From assembly GCA_937934305.1 (NCBI GenBank), contig CALHAG010000009.1, positions 71,057 through 95,056 of the forward strand: 24,000 nucleotides of DNA, written 5' to 3'. Made by a program: the position numbers and the translations under genes. The DNA comes from Candidatus Caldarchaeum subterraneum. Lineage in GTDB: Archaea; Thermoproteota; Nitrososphaeria_A; Caldarchaeales; Caldarchaeaceae. The notes beneath the pieces are model-generated. The model made no database searches and was not told the origin of the DNA. It saw only the letters and a program-made list of their open reading frames with translations. Positions 15,864 through 23,292 of the stretch are shown piece by piece; the stretch's first letter is position 1; each line of letters starts with the position of its first letter.

Positions 15864-18053
15864 ATGCGTTTTGGAGCACTAGTCCTGGTTCTGCTTCTTT
15901 CTGCTGGCTTAGCAATTCCTCTAGGCTTTGGTGCTGAATGGGGTGAGGAGTTTGCGGAACGCGGGCCCTCTTCGAAGCTCTTGACCACCTCTGATATGCT
16001 GGGGGAAAGAATTTCTGGGGGCGCAGCCTACAGGCTTGGAGCCGAGTTTAAGGAGAGAGAGTTTGAGGGATTTATTCTTCCTACGGTGACCGATGCGGCG
16101 AAGCCGATGGGACCCTTGATAAACATACCCTACCGCTCGCCGACTGCGAAATTCAGCCGAAACATAATGTTGACCTATGACATCGGCAACAGGCCTTACC
16201 AGAACGAGCCACATGTCGCCGTAAACCCCAACAACCCTGACCACATCGTCGTCGTGTCACATGACTTCGACGTATCCTGCGCCGTCTCATATGTGAGCTT
16301 CGACGGAGGTGAGACATGGAGGGGCCCAGGCATGCCTTCGCCGGGTCCGGAGGACACTTTTTGCAGCGACCCTGTCGTCGACTTTGGCAGAGATGGAACG
16401 GTCTATTACACGCTTCTCTCGATAGGGGCAAGGCCCTTGAGGATAGGGCGGCTGCTTTACGAGACCGAGGTGGCAAGCGTAACCGTCTCAGTATCCAAGG
16501 ACGGTGGACTCAGCTGGAGCTCTCCCTTAATTGCCTCACGTGGTAGAGTTGTCCCACAAGTTGACAGAGCCTCTGTCTCGTTCTTGGACAAGCCGTGGAT
16601 GGATGTGGGGCCCGACAAAAACGACCCGGCGAAAGACGCGATATACGTCACATACACAGAGTTCAGAATCATATATCCATTCCTTGACTTTTACCCCTTC
16701 GTAGGCGAGCCGACCATCGAGGTTTCGATAAAACTTGTCAAGTCAACGGATGGAGGATTGACATGGACATCGCCCGTGGCTGTCAGCCCCGTTTTCAGCG
16801 GGTTGGCAGGTGACGAGGATGCCAGGCTCGTTCAAGGAAGCCACGTCCACGTAGCAGAAGACGGAACAGTTTACGTGGCATACTATGATTCCCTCGACGA
16901 CGGACCTTTCAAGGGATTGTTCACACCCATGGTTACAGTTTCAAGAGACGGGGGGAGAACCTGGTCAAAACCCTCGCCGGTGATACCTGGCGGCACATGG
17001 GAACAGCCATTCTTCCTCACACCCACCTACTTCAGGTCATGGTCCTCTATGTTTCCCGTTCTAAAGACTAATCCAGCAAACAGCAACGAGGCCTATATCG
17101 TTTTCGGAGCCGTGGGAGCTAATCCCGGCGACCTTTCCGACATCTACTTCTCAAAATCAGTTGACGGCGGAGCCACTTGGTCAAAGCCTAAGAGAATAAA
17201 CGATGATTTGACGCAGAGAAACCAGTTCTTCCCCACGATGGCCGTCTCACCCAACGGAACAATCCACATAATGTGGGGAGACATGCGAGACGACCCCGAT
17301 AACTACCGCTACCACATATACTACACACGTTCAACGGACGGCGGGACGACATTCATGGAGAACTCACGGGTGACCGATTATCCCTCAAACCCAGCCTACG
17401 GAATACCTCAGTTTGTCGGAGACTATTGGGGAATAGCGGCGACCAACACAGATGTTTACATGGTTTGGACGGATTCGCGAGCAGGGTTCCGCGGAGCACC
17501 TAACCAGGACATCGGATTCGCGAGACAGAGGCCCGTCAAGTCTCCCAGCATTTTCACAAGCCCGCCGCAGGGCCCCGCCGGACAGGTGATAACCATCATC
17601 GGAGACGGGTTTGCTCCTCGTCAGCGCGAGGTCTTCATAGAGTTTGATGGAGTTGTGGTCTCGTCTTTCGCAACAGATTCGGTAGGCAGATTCACCGCAA
17701 CCATTTACATACCCGTATCCGGCGAAGGAGCTCACCTCATCAGAGCCATAGACGTGCTGGGAAACGTTGCCGAAGCAACCTACTATACAAGCTTCGGCTT
17801 CAACAACATCAACGACCAGCTAAGGGCCGCAAGGGATGAGGTGATTAAATCAGTCGAGGAAAAACTGTCAACACTCACGCCATCGATAGAGGTGGACAAG
17901 CTAGCCGACGCCGTCGCCGAAAGGCTGAAACCTCAGCTAAGCCAAACAAGCTCCAGCCCCATACTGGACATAGTTCTTGGACTGGCGATAGTTGCGCTTG
18001 CAGCAGCCCTAGTAAGCTTGGCGATATCCGCTAGAAGGGAGAGGAAGGCATGA
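15864..18053 (+). CDS. Secreted, C-terminally membrane-anchored BNR/Asp-box (sialidase-like) beta-propeller with IPT/TIG-like domain, 729 aa
   Basis: Signal peptide. Six Asp-box-like motifs (SFDGGETW, SKDGGLSW, STDGGLTW, SRDGGRTW, SVDGGATW, STDGGTTF). TIG-like SIFTSPPQGPAGQVITIIGDGFAPRQREVFIEFDG. A charged helical region is followed by TM ILDIVLGLAIVALAAALVSLAI. Confidence 0.85.
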   Translation: MRFGALVLVLLLSAGLAIPLGFGAEWGEEFAERGPSSKLLTTSDMLGERISGGAAYRLGAEFKEREFEGFILPTVTDAAKPMGPLINIPYRSPTAKFSRNIMLTYDIGNRPYQNEPHVAVNPNNPDHIVVVSHDFDVSCAVSYVSFDGGETWRGPGMPSPGPEDTFCSDPVVDFGRDGTVYYTLLSIGARPLRIGRLLYETEVASVTVSVSKDGGLSWSSPLIASRGRVVPQVDRASVSFLDKPWMDVGPDKNDPAKDAIYVTYTEFRIIYPFLDFYPFVGEPTIEVSIKLVKSTDGGLTWTSPVAVSPVFSGLAGDEDARLVQGSHVHVAEDGTVYVAYYDSLDDGPFKGLFTPMVTVSRDGGRTWSKPSPVIPGGTWEQPFFLTPTYFRSWSSMFPVLKTNPANSNEAYIVFGAVGANPGDLSDIYFSKSVDGGATWSKPKRINDDLTQRNQFFPTMAVSPNGTIHIMWGDMRDDPDNYRYHIYYTRSTDGGTTFMENSRVTDYPSNPAYGIPQFVGDYWGIAATNTDVYMVWTDSRAGFRGAPNQDIGFARQRPVKSPSIFTSPPQGPAGQVITIIGDGFAPRQREVFIEFDGVVVSSFATDSVGRFTATIYIPVSGEGAHLIRAIDVLGNVAEATYYTSFGFNNINDQLRAARDEVIKSVEEKLSTLTPSIEVDKLADAVAERLKPQLSQTSSSPILDIVLGLAIVALAAALVSLAISARRERKA

Positions 18054-20566
18054 AAAAAGCGTTGACCATCCTGCTGTTGTTGATGTTGTCCACTGTCTCC
18101 GCATGGGGTCAAGAATATAGACCGCCCCATGATAAGCCCGGTCCAGCGACCGATGTCATCAGGGTGAGAGCTTATGCCGAGGAGATTGCGCCGCAGGTCC
18201 TTGAGAGAGGCGACATCGACCTTTATCTCTACAACATGAGGGTTTCTCGTGTCCAAGCTCTTGAAAACAACCCGGGCATAAAGATTGTGAAAGCGCCTTC
18301 ACTGCTTCTCTCAATCATCCTCAACCCCGCCCCCGACCCAACTGGGCTAAACCCCTTCAGCATAAAAGAGGTGCGTCAGGCCTTCCAATACCTCGTAAAC
18401 AGAGACTACGTCGTCAAAGAACTCTATAGAGGATATGCTTCACCCATGACAACACCTCTCTCACCCTACGACTACGACTACGCACAGTTCTTCGAATCAA
18501 TCCTGGAGGCGGGAATAAGGTATGACCCAGAGTACGCCAACCGACTAATCACGGGCGCGTTGACCTCCGCGGGTGCGGAGAAGAGGGATGGCAAATGGTT
18601 TTACAGGGACAAGCCTGTATCGGTTAAGTTCGTGATTAGGACGGAGGATGAGCGGCGGGAGCTCGGAGACCTTGTCGCCTCTGAGCTTGAGAAAATAGGC
18701 TTTACCGTAGAGAGAATTTATCTCCCCTTTGCACAAGCCATCGCACGAGTATACACAACCGACCCGGCAGAGTTCACGTGGCATCTTTACACCGAGGGAT
18801 GGGGGCGAGGGGCACTTGAGAAATATGACTCCACATCAATCAACCAGTTCTGCGCCCCGTGGCTTGGCAACATGCCAGGCTGGCAAGAGTTTGGCTTCTG
18901 GCAATACAGAAACCCATTGCTTGACGACCTTGGGCAACGGATTTTCAAGGGCCAGTACAGCGGAAAGGAGGAGAGAAACCAGCTCTATCTCCGGGCCCTA
19001 AGCGAATGCATTTCGGAAAGTGTTAGAGTCTGGGTGGCGGTGGTTCTACAGAGCACACCAATGAAAGCCGAGGTACGAGGTGTCTCTGAGGACCTTGCGG
19101 CGGGTGCGAGAGGTCTGTGGACTTTCCGTGAAGCACACATACCGGGCAAGGATGTTCTGAACGTGGGGCATCTCTGGGTGTGGACGCCGAGAACTGTCTG
19201 GAACCCTGTGGGAGGGTTTGGCGACGTCTACAGCGCCGACCTGTGGAGAGCTGTCTCCGACCCCTCGATAACACGTCACCCATTCACTGGTCTGCCGATG
19301 CCTTTCCGAGCAAGCTACACAGTTGAGACAGCCGGGCCCTCGGGGACGCTCAAGGTTCCACCAGATGCATTTGTCTGGGACCCTGTTTCGAAAACTTGGA
19401 AAAACGTGGCCCCTGGCACGGTTGCCGTCAGCAAAGTAACCTTCGACTACAGCCTCTACACCTCGTCCAAGTGGCATCACGGCATCCCCATAACCATGGC
19501 TGACATCCTCTACAGAATATATCAGACCTTCGACTTGGCTTATGATGAGACAAAGAGCAGGATAGAATTCGCAATAGCGTACACGTCGAGACCTATTCTT
19601 GAGACATTCAAAGGCTTCCGCATAGTCGGGGACAGTTCACTGGAGGTCTATGTAGATTATTGGAACTTTGAGCCAGACTACATCGCCGAATACGCCGATG
19701 TCTTCGGCGGGGGCATGCCTTGGGAGCTGTTGGCGGTCTCGGATGAACTTGTCTTCAACAGACGGCTTGTAACATATAGCGACACAGCGGCGGCCCGTTT
19801 CAGGGTGGACCAGCTCAACCTCGTTCTCCGCGAGCAGGTCAGCTTGGTAAAAACCGCTTTGAACGACTTCATCACACGCAACATCTTTCCCGCGAACGTC
19901 TTCACCGTCGGCGACAAGCGATACGAGACCTTGGAAAATGCGCAGACAAGATACAGGGCTCTACTCAACTGGGTCAACACCTACAACCTCGCAGTGGTCA
20001 GCAACGGGCCCTACATCCTCGCAGCATTTGACCCCGCCTCACAGTTCGCAGAACTGAGAGCCTACCGAGACCCATCATACCCATTCAAACCAGGTAAATG
20101 GTTCTTCGGAGCTGTGGAGAAGCCGAGGATAACGAGGATACAGGACTCCGTGGTTGTTGGTGCCGACTCCGTGGTCACTGTTTCTGTGGCTGGACCCGAC
20201 GACACAGCTGTGGCCTACAGGATTGTCGACGCCGTTTCGGGGAAGACGATAGCCTCGGGGAGAGAGCGAGCCATGGGCGGAAAGATAGAGATAAGATTGC
20301 CATCCACAGTCACATCCACTCTTACTCCCGGGCTGCTGGAGCTTGGGATGGTGGTGTACAGCGACAAAGTAGCTCAATCCTTCAACGTTGTAGAGAAACT
20401 GGAGGTCAGGAGAACAGCGGCAACCCAAACAATCACTACAACACCCATAGCCACCACAACACAGCAACCAACGGAACAGCCCAGCATCCCGACATGGCTG
20501 GTGATAGCTGTGGTGGGCGTAGCAGTTGTAGTCGCCGCAGCATTCATACTTACACGAAGACGCTAA
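18050..20566 (+). CDS. Family 5 (peptide/nickel/oligosaccharide) ABC transporter substrate-binding protein, 838 aa, apparently circularly permuted, with C-terminal TM anchor
   Basis: Signal peptide MKKALTILLLLMLSTVSAWG. SBP_5 C-half motifs come first (ALVNRD/GYA.P-type block VRQAFQYLVNRDYVVKELYRGYASPMTTPLSP). N-half motifs come later (KWHHGIPITMADILYRIYQTFD ... VVSNGPYILAAFDP). C-terminal T-rich stalk and TM (WLVIAVVGVAVVVAAAFILTRRR). Confidence 0.88.
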   Translation: MKKALTILLLLMLSTVSAWGQEYRPPHDKPGPATDVIRVRAYAEEIAPQVLERGDIDLYLYNMRVSRVQALENNPGIKIVKAPSLLLSIILNPAPDPTGLNPFSIKEVRQAFQYLVNRDYVVKELYRGYASPMTTPLSPYDYDYAQFFESILEAGIRYDPEYANRLITGALTSAGAEKRDGKWFYRDKPVSVKFVIRTEDERRELGDLVASELEKIGFTVERIYLPFAQAIARVYTTDPAEFTWHLYTEGWGRGALEKYDSTSINQFCAPWLGNMPGWQEFGFWQYRNPLLDDLGQRIFKGQYSGKEERNQLYLRALSECISESVRVWVAVVLQSTPMKAEVRGVSEDLAAGARGLWTFREAHIPGKDVLNVGHLWVWTPRTVWNPVGGFGDVYSADLWRAVSDPSITRHPFTGLPMPFRASYTVETAGPSGTLKVPPDAFVWDPVSKTWKNVAPGTVAVSKVTFDYSLYTSSKWHHGIPITMADILYRIYQTFDLAYDETKSRIEFAIAYTSRPILETFKGFRIVGDSSLEVYVDYWNFEPDYIAEYADVFGGGMPWELLAVSDELVFNRRLVTYSDTAAARFRVDQLNLVLREQVSLVKTALNDFITRNIFPANVFTVGDKRYETLENAQTRYRALLNWVNTYNLAVVSNGPYILAAFDPASQFAELRAYRDPSYPFKPGKWFFGAVEKPRITRIQDSVVVGADSVVTVSVAGPDDTAVAYRIVDAVSGKTIASGRERAMGGKIEIRLPSTVTSTLTPGLLELGMVVYSDKVAQSFNVVEKLEVRRTAATQTITTTPIATTTQQPTEQPSIPTWLVIAVVGVAVVVAAAFILTRRR

Positions 20567-21303
20567 CCCTCCAAAACCCTGCTCAAAGAGTCGATATGAG
20601 CGATAACCGTGAGCAAAATCTCTTCCCGAAGCTGGTTCACTGCGTTGTTATACTCCTCCACACCGGGCGGCGCGTTAAGAAGCCAATCGATATAAAGTGG
20701 ACACCATCTGATAAGCTCGTCACGCGTAACATCGGTTAACTGAGGAAACTGCTCAACCCAGTCATAGTAGAGGTCGAGGTTGTCTAAGATTTTGTCAACT
20801 GTTAGCACGAGGTTGGGGTCACTCTTCACGGCGAGGGCCCTTGTCTCGTTCCAATACTCTCTATCACCCTCCCTTGTTCCCGGAGGCTCGCTCCTCAACC
20901 AGCTTATCAAAACCCTATCATTCTCAAGAAGGGCCATCACGTTTTTGATTGATTCCATGCTGCTTCGCAGGTTTTTCAACTCGGTGTTGGCCGCCTCAAG
21001 CTGTGAGGAAAGTTGATTCAAGCGGTTCTCAAGTAAATTTATCCTTTCGGAAAATTGTTGAGCCCTGTTTTCAGCGGTTTGCAGGGATGTCTGTAGGCTG
21101 CTCAAGTCGGAGCGTAGCCTGTTGACTGTGTTCTCGGCTTCGCTGAGACGGGATTGTAGTTCAAGGTTTTCGGCTCTCATATCATCTAGAAGCTTTTGAT
21201 ATCTTGCCTCGGTTTCGCCTAAAACAAAGCTGTAGGCGACAGCTGCGGCGGCAGCTCCCGCAAACAGCGAGACAACCACAACGGCTACGAGAAAGGTTTT
21301 CAT
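20563..21303 (-). CDS. N-terminally membrane-anchored coiled-coil protein, ~246 aa (ORF extends to GTG 21315)
   Basis: TM/signal MKTFLVAVVVVSLFAGAAAAAVAYSFVLG, then a long heptad-rich region (RYQKLLDDMRAENLELQSRLSEAENTVNRLRSDLSSLQTSLQ...NRLNQLSSQLEAANTELKNLRSSM), then a C-terminal soluble domain. Confidence 0.72.
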   Translation of the reverse strand: MKTFLVAVVVVSLFAGAAAAAVAYSFVLGETEARYQKLLDDMRAENLELQSRLSEAENTVNRLRSDLSSLQTSLQTAENRAQQFSERINLLENRLNQLSSQLEAANTELKNLRSSMESIKNVMALLENDRVLISWLRSEPPGTREGDREYWNETRALAVKSDPNLVLTVDKILDNLDLYYDWVEQFPQLTDVTRDELIRWCPLYIDWLLNAPPGVEEYNNAVNQLREEILLTVIAHIDSLSRVLEG

Positions 21304-21382
21304 GATGTCTACCACCTTCTAACCCTGTTTATAAAAGTTTTTAAACAACTGCGAAAAAACACGTCGGATAAGTGTCTCATCG

Positions 21383-22249
21383 ATGGAGAAGATGCAGCGT
21401 ATTGTTCCTCATCTATGGTTTGATTCGAATGCCAGGGATGCTGCCGAGTTCTATGCAACGGTTTTCCCATTTTCACATATTGTTGCATCAATGGTGTTGC
21501 CCAACACCCCATCAGGCGATGCAGAACTTATCTGGTTCAAAATCAACGGTTACAAGTTTATAGCCATAAACGGAGGCCCTTACTTCTCTTTCAACCCTTC
21601 GATCTCCTTCGTGGTCAACTTCTCAGGATACTCCGAAAAAATCGTTGAATCTGTTTGGGAGAGGTTGGCTGAGAAGGGAAATGTTTTGATGCCCCTAGAT
21701 GATTATCCTCCGCTGGGTAAGTATGGCTGGGTCGAGGATAGATTCGGGCTTTCGTGGCAGGTTGTTTTGCCGGTTGAAAAATGGGTAGACGCATTCATAG
21801 TTCCACATCTACTCTTCAAAGGCAAGACGAAGCAAGCGAGCGAATTTTACATCTCCGTATTCAAGAACTCGAGACAGGGACAACTATCAAGCCTGTTCGA
21901 GGGGAAATCAATTTTCACAGAATTCATGCTTGAGGGCCAGTGGTTCTCGGCATCGGACCGCGGCGTATCAATTGATTTTTCCTTCAACGAGTCTGTCTCT
22001 TTCATGATTTACTGCGAAACACAAAATGAAATCGACTATTACTGGGAGAGTCTCTCGGCTGTGCCGGAGGCTGAGCAATGCGGCTGGCTCAAGGACAAGT
22101 ATGGAGTGTCATGGCAGGTTGTCCACAGAGACATGGATAAGATGCTGCAGAGCGGCAGCCCACGGCAGGTAATGGCTTTGACCCAGATGATACTGAAGAT
22201 GAAGAAGCTAGATATTGCCAGGCTGTATGATTGTTTCAAGACTGCTTAG
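21383..22249 (+). CDS. VOC/PhnB-like (glyoxalase-fold) protein with two tandem domains, 288 aa
   Basis: Duplicated motifs IVPHLWFDSNARDAAEFYATVF...YGWVEDRFGLSWQVV and IVPHLLFKGKTKQASEFYISVF...CGWLKDKYGVSWQVV. Confidence 0.88.
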   Translation: MEKMQRIVPHLWFDSNARDAAEFYATVFPFSHIVASMVLPNTPSGDAELIWFKINGYKFIAINGGPYFSFNPSISFVVNFSGYSEKIVESVWERLAEKGNVLMPLDDYPPLGKYGWVEDRFGLSWQVVLPVEKWVDAFIVPHLLFKGKTKQASEFYISVFKNSRQGQLSSLFEGKSIFTEFMLEGQWFSASDRGVSIDFSFNESVSFMIYCETQNEIDYYWESLSAVPEAEQCGWLKDKYGVSWQVVHRDMDKMLQSGSPRQVMALTQMILKMKKLDIARLYDCFKTA

Positions 22250-23292
22250 ACTCGCACCCGCGGGTCCAACACCGTCACCAAAACCTCGATAATAAACCGG
22301 GCTGTGATGTAGATTATTGTGTAGATGAATGTTAGAGCGACGACGAGGCCTTCGTCGAAGGCTGTGATTGCGTCGTAGTAGAGTCTGCCCATTCCTGGCC
22401 AATTGAAAACTGTCTCGGTAAGTATTGCGCCTCCTAGGGAGCCGGCTATGGCGAAGACGATGTTTGTGGCTATGGGTGGAGCGGCTGGTCTCAGTATATA
22501 TCTTCTTCGGAGAAGATTTTCGGGAAGTCCTTTGGCTTTGGCGACGGTGACGAAGTCCTCCTGCGTGATGTTAAGGACGATTGTCCGGGTCACGTAAGCC
22601 CATCCTCCGACTATAACTGTCACAAGTGTCATGAGAGGAAGCACTGCGTGCCAGAGCACGTCGAGAACCTTGGCTAAAGGCTCTGTGGGGGGTGGAGTGC
22701 TCATTATCCCTCCTGGGGGTAGCAGCCTTAGGTAAAAGTAGAAAACCAGCAGCAGTATCAGCCCTGTCCACCAAGACGGCAGTCCATACGACGCAGCAGC
22801 TGTGTATGAGATAAGTTTGTCGAAAAGAGAGCCTCTACGCGAAGCTGTTCTCAATCCAAAGTTTATCCCGATGACAGCGCTTATCACCACCGCCGACGTG
22901 ACAAGCAATATTGAGTAAGGTAGACGTTCCACTATGATGTCTGCCACTTTTCGGCTTCCCGCGAAGCTTGTAATCGTTCTTGAGTAGCCGAGGTCGAGTG
23001 TGAGAACCCGCAGTATAAGCGACGGTATCCTTTCATACCACGGCCTATCCAATCCGTATGATTTTTCCAGCTCCAGCCTAACCTGTTCAAGGGCCTTCTC
23101 CAGCTCAACAGGGTCCTTAATCCTCTGAGAGAGACTCTGCCTCACCGCACGCAGCTCCTCGTTTACATACGCTGAGAGAATCTTGTCGGACACACCTGTC
23201 GCTCCGAGAACAACAGCCACCATTAGGAGCACGGTGAGTAACACAAAAACCAGCGTCACAGCCTGTGTAACAAGTGAACGTATCAGGGTCAT
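22246..23292 (-). CDS. Peptide/nickel-type ABC transporter permease, DppB/OppB-like, 348 aa
   Basis: Multiple TM segments and the permease EAA-like region YVTRTIVLNITQEDFVTVAKAKGLPENLLRRRYILRPAAPPIATNI. C-terminus IYIITARFIIEVLVTVLDPRVRV. Confidence 0.92.
   Translation of the reverse strand: MTLIRSLVTQAVTLVFVLLTVLLMVAVVLGATGVSDKILSAYVNEELRAVRQSLSQRIKDPVELEKALEQVRLELEKSYGLDRPWYERIPSLILRVLTLDLGYSRTITSFAGSRKVADIIVERLPYSILLVTSAVVISAVIGINFGLRTASRRGSLFDKLISYTAAASYGLPSWWTGLILLLVFYFYLRLLPPGGIMSTPPPTEPLAKVLDVLWHAVLPLMTLVTVIVGGWAYVTRTIVLNITQEDFVTVAKAKGLPENLLRRRYILRPAAPPIATNIVFAIAGSLGGAILTETVFNWPGMGRLYYDAITAFDEGLVVALTFIYTIIYITARFIIEVLVTVLDPRVRV

Noticed and set aside
16297-17371. Repeated Asp-box-encoding DNA (six x-DGGxxW segments) considered as a DNA repeat array
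   Set aside because: The spacing is irregular and similarity exists only at the protein motif level, as expected for beta-propeller blades rather than a CRISPR or DNA repeat.
19023-19480. 86-aa and 144-aa minus-strand ORFs inside the binding-protein gene, plus 18729-19001 (+)
   Set aside because: They have low-complexity Arg/Pro/Ser-rich translations and are fully contained in a strong CDS.
20098-20739. 213-aa plus-strand ORF in an alternative frame
   Set aside because: It lies over the end of the binding-protein gene and the minus-strand coiled-coil gene. The translation is His/Ser/Arg-rich without domain signatures, typical of an out-of-frame shadow ORF in GC-rich DNA.
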